This document shows, piece after piece, positions 37,658-47,964 of a DNA stretch of 64,000 nt. Both the position numbers and the translations under genes were made by a program. The notes under the pieces are model-generated. The model made no database searches. It saw nothing but the letters and a program-made list of their open reading frames with translations, and was not told where the DNA came from. How positions within the stretch are numbered: the stretch's first letter is position 1; the number at the start of each line of letters is the position of its first letter. The stretch comes from Candidatus Poribacteria bacterium. GTDB lineage: Bacteria; Poribacteria; WGA-4E; WGA-3G. The stretch lies in assembly GCA_965242965.1 (NCBI GenBank), contig OZ251518.1:371680-435679 (forward strand), written 5' to 3'.

Positions 37658-38485
37658 ATGAAGACGCAACTCATCTTTTCGATTCTGATTTTAGTGCTAT
37701 TTGTTTCTTTTCACGCCGGTGCCCAGGTCGCCTTCTATGCGGATTTTGAGCCCGGCTCAAACGAGGCGAAACCGAACGCCGCTGTGAACGACATCAAGCG
37801 GTATAAACCGGAGAACGCGGGAACCATCTGGGGCGAAGCAGATTTCAAAGGCGGTAAACTCGGCGGGAAAACTGCGATGGCGCAAACCGCCGAGGGCTGC
37901 GGTATCTCTGGCAATACGCCGCTTCCCGGCGTTACAGACTTCTCCGATGGCATCATCCAAGTGATTTTCTCCTTCGGCGATGACGATAGTTTCGGTGTGC
38001 AATTCCGCAGAAAGGGCGATGATAAAGGGTATCTCGTCGTTTTCGGCTATAACGAAACGTCGCAAGTCATTTTCGCCGACCTCGCCGATGGATGTTGTCC
38101 CTCCGGGCAATGTCTCGACCAGTGCGGCTGCGAGAACGGCGGCAAGGAATTGGAAGGTGTTCCCCACGGGTTAGGCGGTGGGTTGGACCAGACGAATGCC
38201 GTCCCCTACTTGGGCCGCGTGGAGGTAAAGGGCAACAACGTCAAAGTCTGGTATATGAAACTTGAGGAAGTCAAGGACCTCCATGCTTCTTCCGAAGACC
38301 TCGGGGCTCCTATCCTTGAGTCGGACAAGGCGACGAACAAGTCGGCTGGGAGTGTCGGTATCTGGCACGAAAGTTGGGGCATGGGACGCGTGGATAGCAT
38401 CCTCGTCACAACCGCCAGCGGCTTTGATGTTCATGTCAAAGACAAATTGACGACGACGTGGGGCGATGTGAAGAGCGGGTATTAG
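37658..38485 (+). CDS. Secreted Cys-rich protein, paralog 2. C-terminal tail DKLTTTWGDVKSGY.
   Basis: RBS AAGGAG. Signal peptide MKTQLIFSILILVLFVSFHAGAQ. Same cysteine motif. Confidence 0.65.
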   Translation: MKTQLIFSILILVLFVSFHAGAQVAFYADFEPGSNEAKPNAAVNDIKRYKPENAGTIWGEADFKGGKLGGKTAMAQTAEGCGISGNTPLPGVTDFSDGIIQVIFSFGDDDSFGVQFRRKGDDKGYLVVFGYNETSQVIFADLADGCCPSGQCLDQCGCENGGKELEGVPHGLGGGLDQTNAVPYLGRVEVKGNNVKVWYMKLEEVKDLHASSEDLGAPILESDKATNKSAGSVGIWHESWGMGRVDSILVTTASGFDVHVKDKLTTTWGDVKSGY

Positions 38486-38494
38486 GCCGTGCCT

Positions 38495-39005
38495 ATGCTC
38501 GGCGCGCGAGGGATAGGCCCTCGCGCGCGCCCCAGTTTGGCGAGGGAAACCCTCTCGGATGCGCGTATGGCATCCGAGGGCCCAAGCCCTACGAACCAGG
38601 AAACGGTTTTTGTCCCGTTCGTAGGTTGGCGAGGGGAACCCTCTCGCCTGCGCGTATGGCATGCGAGGGCCCTCGCCCTCCGGTGCGATGGAGCGTTTTT
38701 TTCACCGTAGCGCGGGGGCCTGTCCCCCGCGATCGCAGCATGGCAAGGGGAACCAGCTCGGATGCGCGTATGGCATCCGAGGGCCCCCGCCCTCCGGTGA
38801 GAAGGAGCATTTTTATCGTAGCGCGGGGGCCTGTCCCCCGCGATCGCAGCATGGCGAGGGACAGGCCCTCGCCCTACGGTGCAAGAGATGGTTATTTTGT
38901 TGCATTCGTAGGCTGGCGAGGGACAGGCCCTCGCCCTACGGTATATTGGCTTGGCGAGGGAAACCCGCTCGGATGCGCGTATGGCATGCGAGGGCCCTCG
39001 CCCTA
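38495..39005. repeat. REP cluster (family 1 variants, about 12 hairpins)
   Basis: Direct reading. The caller ORF 38458..40323 is wrongly extended across it. Confidence 0.85.
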
Positions 39006-39051
39006 CGATTCAGGAGACGGTTTTCAGAAGACGGTTTTTAGGAGGCCCACC

Positions 39052-40323
39052 ATGAAAGTTACAAACGTTGAACGTATTCTCGTAGATGTCCCCTTCACCC
39101 CGCGCCAACAGCAAATTACCACGCAAAGCGTTTCCACTGTCTACAACTGGTCCCTCCTTGAATTGTGCAAGGTGACGACAGATAGCGGGCATGTAGGTTG
39201 GGGTGAGACGGTTATCCACTATACTTATCGCCGTGTGAGCGATGAGAGCGTGGCGCGCGTGCTTGGAGAAAGTCCCGCCGCCCTCATGAACGATGATTCC
39301 CTCGGTGCCGGCTTGCAGATGGCACTTTTCGATGTGGTAGGTAAGATTTTAGAGGTGCCGGTGTATCAACTGCTCGGCATGCAGTGTCGCGAGGCTGTGC
39401 CTATTTCGTGGTGGAGCATTGATGCTTCGCCTGAGAGCTGGGCGGCGGAAGCGGCAGATGCCGTTGCGCACGGCTACACCAGCTTTAAGAATAAACCGCG
39501 CCCGTGGTGGGATATTATTGCGCAGGTGGAGGCAGTCGCGGCGGTTGTGCCGGACAATTTCAAGTTGGATCTGGATCCGAACGCTTCCTTGCGCGATGCC
39601 GATACAGCCATCCCGATTTTGCAGAAATTGGCGGCCTATCCAAACGTGGCGATGTTTGAGACACCGATTCCACAGAGTGATGTAGCGGGAAATAAGCAGA
39701 TTCGGCAGGCTGTTGACAGGCCGATTGCGATGCACTTTGGTTCGCCGCCCTATACCACTTGCGTTCGTGAGGATGTGTGCAGTGGTTTCGTCATCGGCGG
39801 TGGGAAATCGCAGGTAATGCGCGAGGGGCAACTCAGTGCAGCAGCGGACATGCCGTTCTGGCTCCAGATCGTCGGTAACGGCTTGACGACGACGTGGGCA
39901 GGGCATTTGGGGAGTGTGCTGACGCATGCCACCTGGCCGGCGATTACCTGCATCAATCTTTATAGTGAGCACCTCATTACGCAACCGGTTCAGGTTTCGG
40001 AAGGCGTTCACAAGATTCCCGATGCGCCGGGGTTAGGCGTTGAGGTGGACGAAGACGCTGTTGAACGCTTCCGCGTCCCCGCCGAAAAGTTGGATGCTGA
40101 GGGTTACACGATTCATCCCGTGCCGGAGATAATCAAAACCGCTGTTTATCCTGATGGCAGTTGTATCCATATGGCGGGTGATGGGTTGGGTTATTTCAAC
40201 GCTGGCAACGGCGAGGCGCAGGTAGAAGGCGCGCGTTTGGCGTTGACATTCAACGACGGTTCTGATGCGTGGGCAAAATTGTTTGCGCAGGCGGGCGAGG
40301 CACCGGTGCATGGGGAGTGGTAA
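39052..40323 (+). CDS. Enolase-superfamily enzyme (mandelate racemase / muconate lactonizing enzyme-like), 423 aa
   Basis: RBS AGGAGG plus ATG at 39052. KLDLDPN...D...MFETP...D metal-ligand pattern. Confidence 0.65.
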   Translation: MKVTNVERILVDVPFTPRQQQITTQSVSTVYNWSLLELCKVTTDSGHVGWGETVIHYTYRRVSDESVARVLGESPAALMNDDSLGAGLQMALFDVVGKILEVPVYQLLGMQCREAVPISWWSIDASPESWAAEAADAVAHGYTSFKNKPRPWWDIIAQVEAVAAVVPDNFKLDLDPNASLRDADTAIPILQKLAAYPNVAMFETPIPQSDVAGNKQIRQAVDRPIAMHFGSPPYTTCVREDVCSGFVIGGGKSQVMREGQLSAAADMPFWLQIVGNGLTTTWAGHLGSVLTHATWPAITCINLYSEHLITQPVQVSEGVHKIPDAPGLGVEVDEDAVERFRVPAEKLDAEGYTIHPVPEIIKTAVYPDGSCIHMAGDGLGYFNAGNGEAQVEGARLALTFNDGSDAWAKLFAQAGEAPVHGEW

Positions 40324-40384
40324 TGCCGCGAAGCGCGTCTCTTTCGTCAAGGAAGTCAATCCAAACGCCGTTTTTTTTATCCTA

Positions 40385-40990
40385 GCGTGATGGCCTGTCC
40401 CCCGCGAGCGTTGGAGCGCGCGGACGATGGCGAGGGACAGGCCCTCGCCCTACGATGAAGGGGCGTTTTTTTCCGTAGCGCGGGGGCCCTCGGATGCCAG
40501 ACGCGCATCCGAGCGGGTTTCCCCCGCGATGGCTCAAGCACCGTTTTTTTTTCGTAGCGCGGGGGCCTGTCCCCCGCGATCGTCCATCGTCAAGTTATGT
40601 TTTTAGGTCCTACGGACTGAAGAGAACAAGAAACGTTTTTTTTCATTCTGTAGTTTGTGATCGCCTGATCACAAACGGTTCAGGAGCAGGTGCTCCTGAA
40701 CTACAGGGCCTGGCGCGCGAAGGATGGCGAGGGACAGGCCCTCGCCCTACGGTAAGGCACGCCGTTTTTTCGCGTAGCGCGGGGGCCTGTCCCCCGCGAT
40801 CGTTGGAGCGCGCGGACGATGGCGAGGGGAACCCGGCAGGCGTTGGGCCCACCTCTGTAGTTCGGGAGCACCCGCTCCCGAACGGGTCAAGATCAGGCGA
40901 TCTTGACCTACAGGGGTGAGGCAGTCTGACACCAACACGCATGGCGAGGGACAGGCCCTCGCCCTACGGTGAAAGCGGCAATCAAGCCTG
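40385..40990. repeat. REP cluster (families 1, 2)
   Basis: Direct reading. Confidence 0.85.
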
Positions 40991-41166
40991 GCGAGGGAAA
41001 CCCGTGCCGTTGGATGATTTATGAAACACCCTCATCTAACAGAGGAACTAGACATGGCATGCAAAATGTTAAAACGCAAAATTTACAATGCTCTCATCTG
41101 ACAAAACTATTGCTTTTTTTTCAACGTATGCTATAATGATGTCAATTCACATGCTTAGGGAGAAAA

Positions 41167-41730
41167 ATGAATAAAAATAGACTCATCTTTGGCATCACGC
41201 TTCTTTTTGTCGGCGCGCTGATTGCGGTGAGCATCAACCGCGCACAGAGTCAAAACGATATGGTGGTGAAGGGAAAATACCTCGTGGATACCGTCGGTGC
41301 GTGCGGACAGTGCCACACGCCGCGCGCGGGCGCAGCATTTGATATGGAGATGTATCTCGCCGGACACCCGGCGAATGCCCCGGCACCGCGCTACGATTTT
41401 AGCATGATGCGACAGGGCATCTTTTTGTTAACGGCTCCGACGATGAGTGCCTTCTCTGGCCCCTTCGGGACGAGTTTCGCCTCGAATCTGACACCGGATA
41501 ATGAGACAGGACTCGGAGAATGGACAGAGGCGATGTTCATCGGCGCGATACGCACTGGGCATCATCAAGGCGAGGAGAGCAATCGGAAGATTCTGCCGCC
41601 GATGCCGACGAAGCATTACGCGGAAATGTCGGACACAGATCTGAAGGCGATTTGGGCGTATCTCCGCACGGTGAAACCTGTGAAAAACGAGGTGAGCCCC
41701 GCGCTCAATCAGCGAGGGCGGCCGTATTAA
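41167..41730 (+). CDS. Membrane-anchored or periplasmic mono-heme c-type cytochrome
   Basis: Single CGQCH heme-binding site. C-terminal PMP...Y..LSD.DL.AIWAYLRT pattern of class I cytochromes c. Confidence 0.7.
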   Translation: MNKNRLIFGITLLFVGALIAVSINRAQSQNDMVVKGKYLVDTVGACGQCHTPRAGAAFDMEMYLAGHPANAPAPRYDFSMMRQGIFLLTAPTMSAFSGPFGTSFASNLTPDNETGLGEWTEAMFIGAIRTGHHQGEESNRKILPPMPTKHYAEMSDTDLKAIWAYLRTVKPVKNEVSPALNQRGRPY

Positions 41731-41759
41731 ACCCGCGCTATTAAATTGGGAGAATCTTT

Positions 41760-42820
41760 ATGACATCAACAAACGGGACGGCGCGCATCGCCGTTGTCGG
41801 CATGGGTATCGGCCGGCCGAACGGTGCTGCGCTTGCACGAAACCCACGCGGACAGGTAGTTGCCCTCTGCGACTTGGTTGAAAACGGATGCAAGCCTTCG
41901 CCGCCGATTTGCCGGACGAAGTCACCTTTTATACCGATTACAAGCAGATGTGCAAGGCGGACGACATTGACGCTGTCTTCGTGGGCACGCCGAATCAGTG
42001 GCACGTGCCGATTGCGTTGGAGGCGGTGCGCAACGGCAAGCACGTCATGGTAACAAAACCGCTCGCGGATTCGGAAGAAGCGGCGCAACAGTTGGTAACC
42101 GCAGCGGAAGCGGCGGGGGTTGTCAACATGATGTCCCTCTCCACCCGCTTCGGTGACAGCTGCCAATATCTCGGTAACCTTGCGCGCGGTGACTACTTCG
42201 GCGAGCTCTACTATGCTCGTGCGCGCAGCGTCCGTCGGAACGGCATCCCGGCTTGGAACCTCGGTTTCATTCAGCAGGGAGGCGGTGCATTCCGCGATAT
42301 GGGTGTGCATGTGCTTGATGCAGTCTGGTGGCTCTTGGGATTGCCGAAGCCGGTTGCGGTGCTCGGTGCCGCTGGCGCGAAGTTTGGCCCGCGCGGACGC
42401 GGCTATTGGAACCGCACCCGGCCCCCGAAAGAGACTTACGAGCAATACGCGGCGGATGACTACGCCGGTGGGTTTATCACTTTTGAGAACGGACTCGGTT
42501 TGCAAGTCGAAAGTTTTTGGGCATCGCACCAACCGGACGAATTTCAGATAGAGTTGTTTGGCACGGAGGCGGGGGCGACGCTAAGTCCGCTACGCCTTTT
42601 CCGTACGGACGATGAGGGCATCTCCGAGGATATCAACGTGAATCTGCCGCCAGGGAAATATAAAGAGGCGTGGGATGCCATCGCTGCGCATTTCATTGAA
42701 TGCATCCTTGACGGTGTAACGTGCAAGGCTCCCCTCCGCCATGGGCTGATTGTCCAGCAGATGATGGAAGGTCTGCTTAAAAGTGCGGAGACTGGGCGCG
42801 AAGTTCAACTTGACGTTTGA
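41760..42820 (+). pseudogene. Gfo/Idh/MocA family oxidoreductase with a frameshift near 41885 (ORFs 41760..42053 and 41888..42820)
   Basis: The Rossmann N-terminus RIAVVGMGIGR is in one frame and the remaining 310 aa are in another. Could be a sequencing error. Confidence 0.6.
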
Positions 42821-42884
42821 TGCCCCTGCAATTCGCGAGCAGTCCGTTAAGACTGAGGGTGTTTCATATCGCGATGCACACCTG

Positions 42885-43300
42885 TAGGAGAGACCTCCCG
42901 GTCTCGATGCCGCCCAGTAGGAGAGCCCTCTGGTCTCGATGTTCCCGTAGCGCGGGAGCCCTCGGATGCCATCCGCGCATCCGAGCGGGTTTCCCCCGCG
43001 AGCACCATCGTCAAGATCTGGTCTCAATGTTCCCGTAGCGCGGGGGCCCTCGGATGCCATCCGCGCATCCGAGCGGGTTTCCCCCGCGAGCACCATCGTC
43101 AAGATGCTGTCTTAGGTCCTTTAGGTCCTACATGTCTATAGAAAAACGTGTCGGCCCTAGTCAAGGTCCTTTAGGTCCTTAATAACACACGCGCGGCCCT
43201 GGTAAAATCTATTAAGGACCTAAAGGACCTTAGCGTTCTTCGCGGGTGCGCGTGCTATAGACATTAAGGACCTAAAGGACCTAAAAGACGTTTTTTTCAT
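42885..43300. repeat. REP/MITE cluster including copy 3 of the ~190-bp composite MITE-like element (43105..43295)
   Basis: Direct reading. Confidence 0.85.
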
Positions 43301-43360
43301 CGTATTTGACAACAACGAGTTATGAAACACCCTCGTTAAGACTGCAATGTTTAGAGAGGC

Positions 43361-44080
43361 GTGACAATGCATCTGGATATACCAACGCTTTGCAATAGTT
43401 TTGCCGAGACAGGGTTCGCCATCGTGCCGAATCTGTTCACGCGAACCGAAGTCCAACGGCTGAAATCGGAGTGTGTTGACATTCTGGCGGCAGTCCAAGC
43501 AGATACGGGTGTGGAGAACGCTGCTGGACACGGCGTTTTCGTCGGTTTGGCTGCACGGAGTCCTGTCTTTCAAGAGGCAGTCGGCGATGCGCGATTGCTT
43601 GCTATTTTAGCGGAAATTCTCGCGCCGGATATTGAATTCTTGAGCGATAAATTCGTCTTCAAGAGCGCGTCCACGGACTTCGCGAGCCCGTGGCACCAAG
43701 ATTGGCCCTATTGGCACGGCGCGCATAAAGTTTCTATCTGGGTTGCCCTTGACGATGCCACCGTGGAGAACGGCTGCCTCAAATTGTTCCCAGGTTCTCA
43801 TAAATCCGCCATTATCCACGATGGTGATGCGAGTGATGGGCACGGGTTCGGCAATCGCCTTCGTTCCGATGCGGTGGATGAAACGCAAGCGGTGACAGCG
43901 GAATTGGAGGCTGGCGGTGCTGTTTTCTTCCACGATTTGACGCTTCACGCCAGCCATCCGAACCGTTCCGGCGCTGAACGCTGGGTATGGATTCCCACCT
44001 ATCGGGATGCAAACGCCGAGGATAACGATTATCCGTGGGCAGTCGCCGCGAAAGTTGTCCGCGGCGAAAAACGAATCTGA
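43361..44080 (+). CDS. Phytanoyl-CoA dioxygenase (PhyH) family oxygenase
   Basis: WHQDWPYW...LFPGSHK motifs. Confidence 0.7.
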   Translation: MTMHLDIPTLCNSFAETGFAIVPNLFTRTEVQRLKSECVDILAAVQADTGVENAAGHGVFVGLAARSPVFQEAVGDARLLAILAEILAPDIEFLSDKFVFKSASTDFASPWHQDWPYWHGAHKVSIWVALDDATVENGCLKLFPGSHKSAIIHDGDASDGHGFGNRLRSDAVDETQAVTAELEAGGAVFFHDLTLHASHPNRSGAERWVWIPTYRDANAEDNDYPWAVAAKVVRGEKRI

Positions 44081-44092
44081 AGAGAAGGAGAT

Positions 44093-44950
44093 ATGATGTT
44101 TAAAAATCTGAGTACCGGTGCTATTGGCATCCGGGCGAACATGCAAGAAGGCCTCGCATTAGCGAATGCCGCGGGGTTTGAAGGACTTGACCTGGGTATT
44201 GACGAGGCGAGCCAACTCGCGCAAGAACATTCTGTCCAATTTGTCAAAGAACTCTGGGCAGAAGCCGGCATCAAAATGGGCGGCTGGGGCTTCGGCGTGA
44301 ATTGGCGCGGTGCCGATGCTGACTATTACGCCGGGTTAGCGCAGTTGCCGGCGCGTGCAGAACTCGCCGCCAAACTAGGCTGCTACCGCACGACTACCGT
44401 CGTCGGGCCCGCCTCAAACGATATGACGTATCAGGAGAATTGGGATTTCTCTGTCAAGCGGCTCCGTCCTGTCGCCGAGATTCTCAAGGAATATGGGCAT
44501 TCGCTTGGACTTGAGTTCATCGGCCCGGCGACGAGTCGGAAGGCAGCCAAGCACCTGTTTGCTTATTCAATGGATGCGATGTTAGGGCTCGCCGCCGCAG
44601 TCGGCACGGGCAACGTCGGCTTGTTGTTTGATACATGGCACTGGTATACCTGCCGTTCCACGATTGACGATGTCCGGAAGTTGTCCCTCGCCGATGTTGT
44701 CTATGTGCATATCAACGACGCGCCTGCAGGCATTGACGCTGACGAGCAGATCGATAATATCCGGTGCCTCCCCGCTGAAACCGGTGTGATTCCACTCACT
44801 GAATTGATGCATGTCTTGACTGACATCGGTTATGAAGGACCGGTTACGCCGGAACCCTTCAGCAAAACGGTGAACGCGATGGAACCGGTAGACGCGGCGA
44901 AAGCCACGGGGGCATCGCTGGATAAGGTATGGGAAAACGCGGGGTTGTAG
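44093..44950 (+). CDS. Sugar phosphate isomerase/epimerase (xylose isomerase-like TIM barrel)
   Basis: LLFDTWHWY and HINDAP motifs typical of the family. Confidence 0.7.
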   Translation: MMFKNLSTGAIGIRANMQEGLALANAAGFEGLDLGIDEASQLAQEHSVQFVKELWAEAGIKMGGWGFGVNWRGADADYYAGLAQLPARAELAAKLGCYRTTTVVGPASNDMTYQENWDFSVKRLRPVAEILKEYGHSLGLEFIGPATSRKAAKHLFAYSMDAMLGLAAAVGTGNVGLLFDTWHWYTCRSTIDDVRKLSLADVVYVHINDAPAGIDADEQIDNIRCLPAETGVIPLTELMHVLTDIGYEGPVTPEPFSKTVNAMEPVDAAKATGASLDKVWENAGL

Positions 44951-45039
44951 GTGACGAAATAGGGGATCTTTGTAAGAGGGTGTTTCATAACTCCGTTTCG
45001 GTATTTATTCCATCTTGGGGGCGGGCGAAAACTGAGCCC

Positions 45040-45340
45040 TCTTGGTAGGCGAGACCGGAAGGGTTCTCCTACCGGAAGGTGTCGGACCCACCTCTGTAGT
45101 TCGGGAGCGCGATGCGCCTGCCTCAGCACAGATTGCGGAGGTTGATGTCGGGCCCACCTCTGTAGTTCGGGAGCGCCTGCTCCCGAACGGGTCAGGATCA
45201 GGCGATCCTGACCTACAGAGCCTGGCGATCGCAGCATGGCGAGGGACAGGCCCTCGCCCTACGTGAAGGGACGGCGTTTTTTATCGTAGCGCGGGAGCCC
45301 TCGGATGCCACACGCGCATGGCGAGAGGGTCCCCCCCCGA
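45040..45340. repeat. REP cluster (families 3, 2, 1)
   Basis: Direct reading. Confidence 0.85.
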
Positions 45341-45430
45341 CGTTGAGCGATTTATGAAACACTATCAACGTAGATATCGGATTACGGAGAGAGACGTTCT
45401 TGCACGAGAAACGCGTGCGAAATAACAAAA

Positions 45431-46234
45431 ATGCAACTTATCAACAAAGAAAACATCCTCGCGATGACAGACAAGTGGGAAGGCGAGAGATTTCCCGATG
45501 GCCGCCCGCGGGTTTCAGATGATATTCTCCAACGGATGAAGGCGATTAGTATTGAACAGGCGTGGGGTGTCCTCCACGGCAGCGGTTATCGGTTTCAGTT
45601 TGCTGGCGATTGGTGGAATCTTCACCCGGAGCGCGTTCTCGTCGGGAGAGCGGTGACGTGCGCCTTCGTGCCTGTCCGTCCTGATTTCAACGATGCCGTT
45701 TCGGCGCAGGGAGAAAAAGAGGGACGCGTCGGTGGACAAAATTCGTGGGTAATCGATACGCTGGTTCAAGACGATGTCATCGTCGTAGATCTGTTCGGCA
45801 AAGTCAAAGATGGCACGTTTGCCGGTGATAACCTCGGCAACTCCATCTACGCCAAAACCGGCACCGGGATGGTAATTGATGGCGGCATCCGTGATTTAGA
45901 CGGCATCTATGAATTGCCGGACTTCGCAACCTTCGTTCGGGGTGTAGATCCGACTGGAATTGCGGATGTCACGTTGACAGGGATTAACACGCCGATTCGC
46001 ATTGGGGAAGCGACTGTTTTGCCGGGCGATGTGGTGCTAGGCAGGCGTGGTGGTGTCATCTTTATTCCGCCGCACTTCGCGCAGCAGGTAGTTGAACGCG
46101 GCGAGGAGGTGCATCTCCGCGACCGGTTTGGGCATCAACGTCTGCGGGAAGGCAAATATACGCCCGGCGAGATAGATAGGAAATGGACAGAAGAGATTGA
46201 GGCGGACTTCGCGCAGTGGCAGGAAAACCAATGA
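45431..46234 (+). CDS. RraA-family protein (RNase E regulator / 4-hydroxy-4-methyl-2-oxoglutarate aldolase-like)
   Basis: GD..V.D..G......G.......A...G..G.VIDGGIRD pattern. Confidence 0.6.
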   Translation: MQLINKENILAMTDKWEGERFPDGRPRVSDDILQRMKAISIEQAWGVLHGSGYRFQFAGDWWNLHPERVLVGRAVTCAFVPVRPDFNDAVSAQGEKEGRVGGQNSWVIDTLVQDDVIVVDLFGKVKDGTFAGDNLGNSIYAKTGTGMVIDGGIRDLDGIYELPDFATFVRGVDPTGIADVTLTGINTPIRIGEATVLPGDVVLGRRGGVIFIPPHFAQQVVERGEEVHLRDRFGHQRLREGKYTPGEIDRKWTEEIEADFAQWQENQ

Positions 46235-47946
46235 CAGACACACTCCAATCCGAAATTCACGCTATTTTACAGGGCGCGATACGAGATGCTATTGCGGCGG
46301 GAGAACTCTCTATCGCTGAGGTGCCAGAAATCCTGTTTTCGCCGACGAAAACGCCGGAACACGGCGATTTTGCTACGCCGGTTGCGTTGGGGTTGGCGAA
46401 ACAGGCAAAAATGCCGCCTCGCAAGATTGCCGAGACGATTGTCGCGCGCGTTAACGTGGCGGCGCATCCGCATATCCGCGAGATTGACATCGCCGGGCCG
46501 GGGTTTATTAACATCCATCTTTCGGATGCGTGGCTTTATGAGACGCTTCGCACGATTGTCGCCGAAGGAGATACTTACGGCACCTGCAGCGAAGGTGCCG
46601 GGCAGCGCGTCCAAGTTGAGTTTGTCAGCGCGAATCCAACGGGACCGCTGAATATTGTGAGCGGGCGCGCTGCCGCTGTAGGCGATACCCTCGTCAATCT
46701 GCTCAACGCTGTCGGCTACGATGCCATCCGTGAGTTCTACGTCAACGATGCAGGTGGACAAGTGGAACGGCTCGGTGAATCGATAGACATCCGCTACCGG
46801 CAGGCGTTGGGGGAAACAGGACTGGAAATTCCCGAAGGCGGTTACGAGGGCGAATACCTGCGGGATTTCGCGCAGGATGTCGTCAAGGCGGCGGGTGACA
46901 CGCACCTGCAGCTTGAGACAACCGAACGGGTATCCCTCTTCCGCGACAGGGGCATTGCGCACATCCGCGCGCAACAAGAGGCATCCTTGGAACGCTTCGG
47001 CGTTCAGTTTGATGTCTGGACAAGCGAGAAGGCAATCCGCGCAAGTGGAAAACCGGCGGAGATTCTCCAACTCTTTCGCGACAAGCAGTATCTCTATGAA
47101 GCGGAAGACGCAACGTGGTTTCGGATGTCTGACTTCGGGGACGATAAGGATTGCGTTGTCATCCGTCGCGATGGGGAATGCACCTATTTCGTGCCGGACG
47201 CGGCTTATCATCGCGATAAGTTTGACCGGGGATTCAATAAAGTCATCAACTTTTTTGGGCCGGACCATCAGGGGCACGTCAGTCGTCTCTACAACTTCGT
47301 GAAGGCACTCGGTTTGCCGGATGACTGGCTGGAGATTGCTATTATCCAACAGGTGAATCTCGTTGATGACGAGGGACAGCGGTTGGATATGTCAAAACGG
47401 CGCGGGAAGTTCTACACGCTAGATGTGCTACTTGACGAGCTCGCGGCGGCGATTGGGGAACGGTTCGCGGTGGATGTCGCGCGCTATTTCTACCTGATGC
47501 GCGCCAATAACACGCACCTTGATTTCAATCTGGAGTTGGCGGTTAGAGAGGCGAATGAAAATCCTGTCTTCTACATTCAGTATGCCTTTGCGCGGTGCTG
47601 GAGTATTTTCCAAAAGACTGCCGAGCATGGGATTACGCCGCTGCCTATTGACAAGGTTTCTTTGGAGTTGCTGACAGAACCGATGGCGCATGCGTTAATT
47701 CGGAAGTTGTCGGAATTTCCGGCATTGGTGCTTTTCAGTGCGGAGTCGCGCGAGGTGCATCGCATCGCGCACTATTTGCATGAGTTGGCGGGGTTATTCC
47801 ATCCCTACTATAATCAGCATCGGGTGCTGGATGCCGAGCATCAGGAACGGACGCAGGCGCGGCTTGTCTTGACGCAGGCGGTGCAGACGGTGTTGAAAAA
47901 CGGGCTGGCATTGTTGGGGATTTCCGCGCTGGAAAAACGGATGTAA
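46231..47946 (+). CDS. argS: Arginine--tRNA ligase
   Basis: SANPTGPL..., DALK-type anticodon-binding C-terminus (ENPVFYIQYAFAR), DMSKRRG. Note that the HIGH signature reads NIVS. Confidence 0.8.
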   Translation: MTDTLQSEIHAILQGAIRDAIAAGELSIAEVPEILFSPTKTPEHGDFATPVALGLAKQAKMPPRKIAETIVARVNVAAHPHIREIDIAGPGFINIHLSDAWLYETLRTIVAEGDTYGTCSEGAGQRVQVEFVSANPTGPLNIVSGRAAAVGDTLVNLLNAVGYDAIREFYVNDAGGQVERLGESIDIRYRQALGETGLEIPEGGYEGEYLRDFAQDVVKAAGDTHLQLETTERVSLFRDRGIAHIRAQQEASLERFGVQFDVWTSEKAIRASGKPAEILQLFRDKQYLYEAEDATWFRMSDFGDDKDCVVIRRDGECTYFVPDAAYHRDKFDRGFNKVINFFGPDHQGHVSRLYNFVKALGLPDDWLEIAIIQQVNLVDDEGQRLDMSKRRGKFYTLDVLLDELAAAIGERFAVDVARYFYLMRANNTHLDFNLELAVREANENPVFYIQYAFARCWSIFQKTAEHGITPLPIDKVSLELLTEPMAHALIRKLSEFPALVLFSAESREVHRIAHYLHELAGLFHPYYNQHRVLDAEHQERTQARLVLTQAVQTVLKNGLALLGISALEKRM

Positions 47947-47964
47947 GCTGTGGGGGGGCATAAA

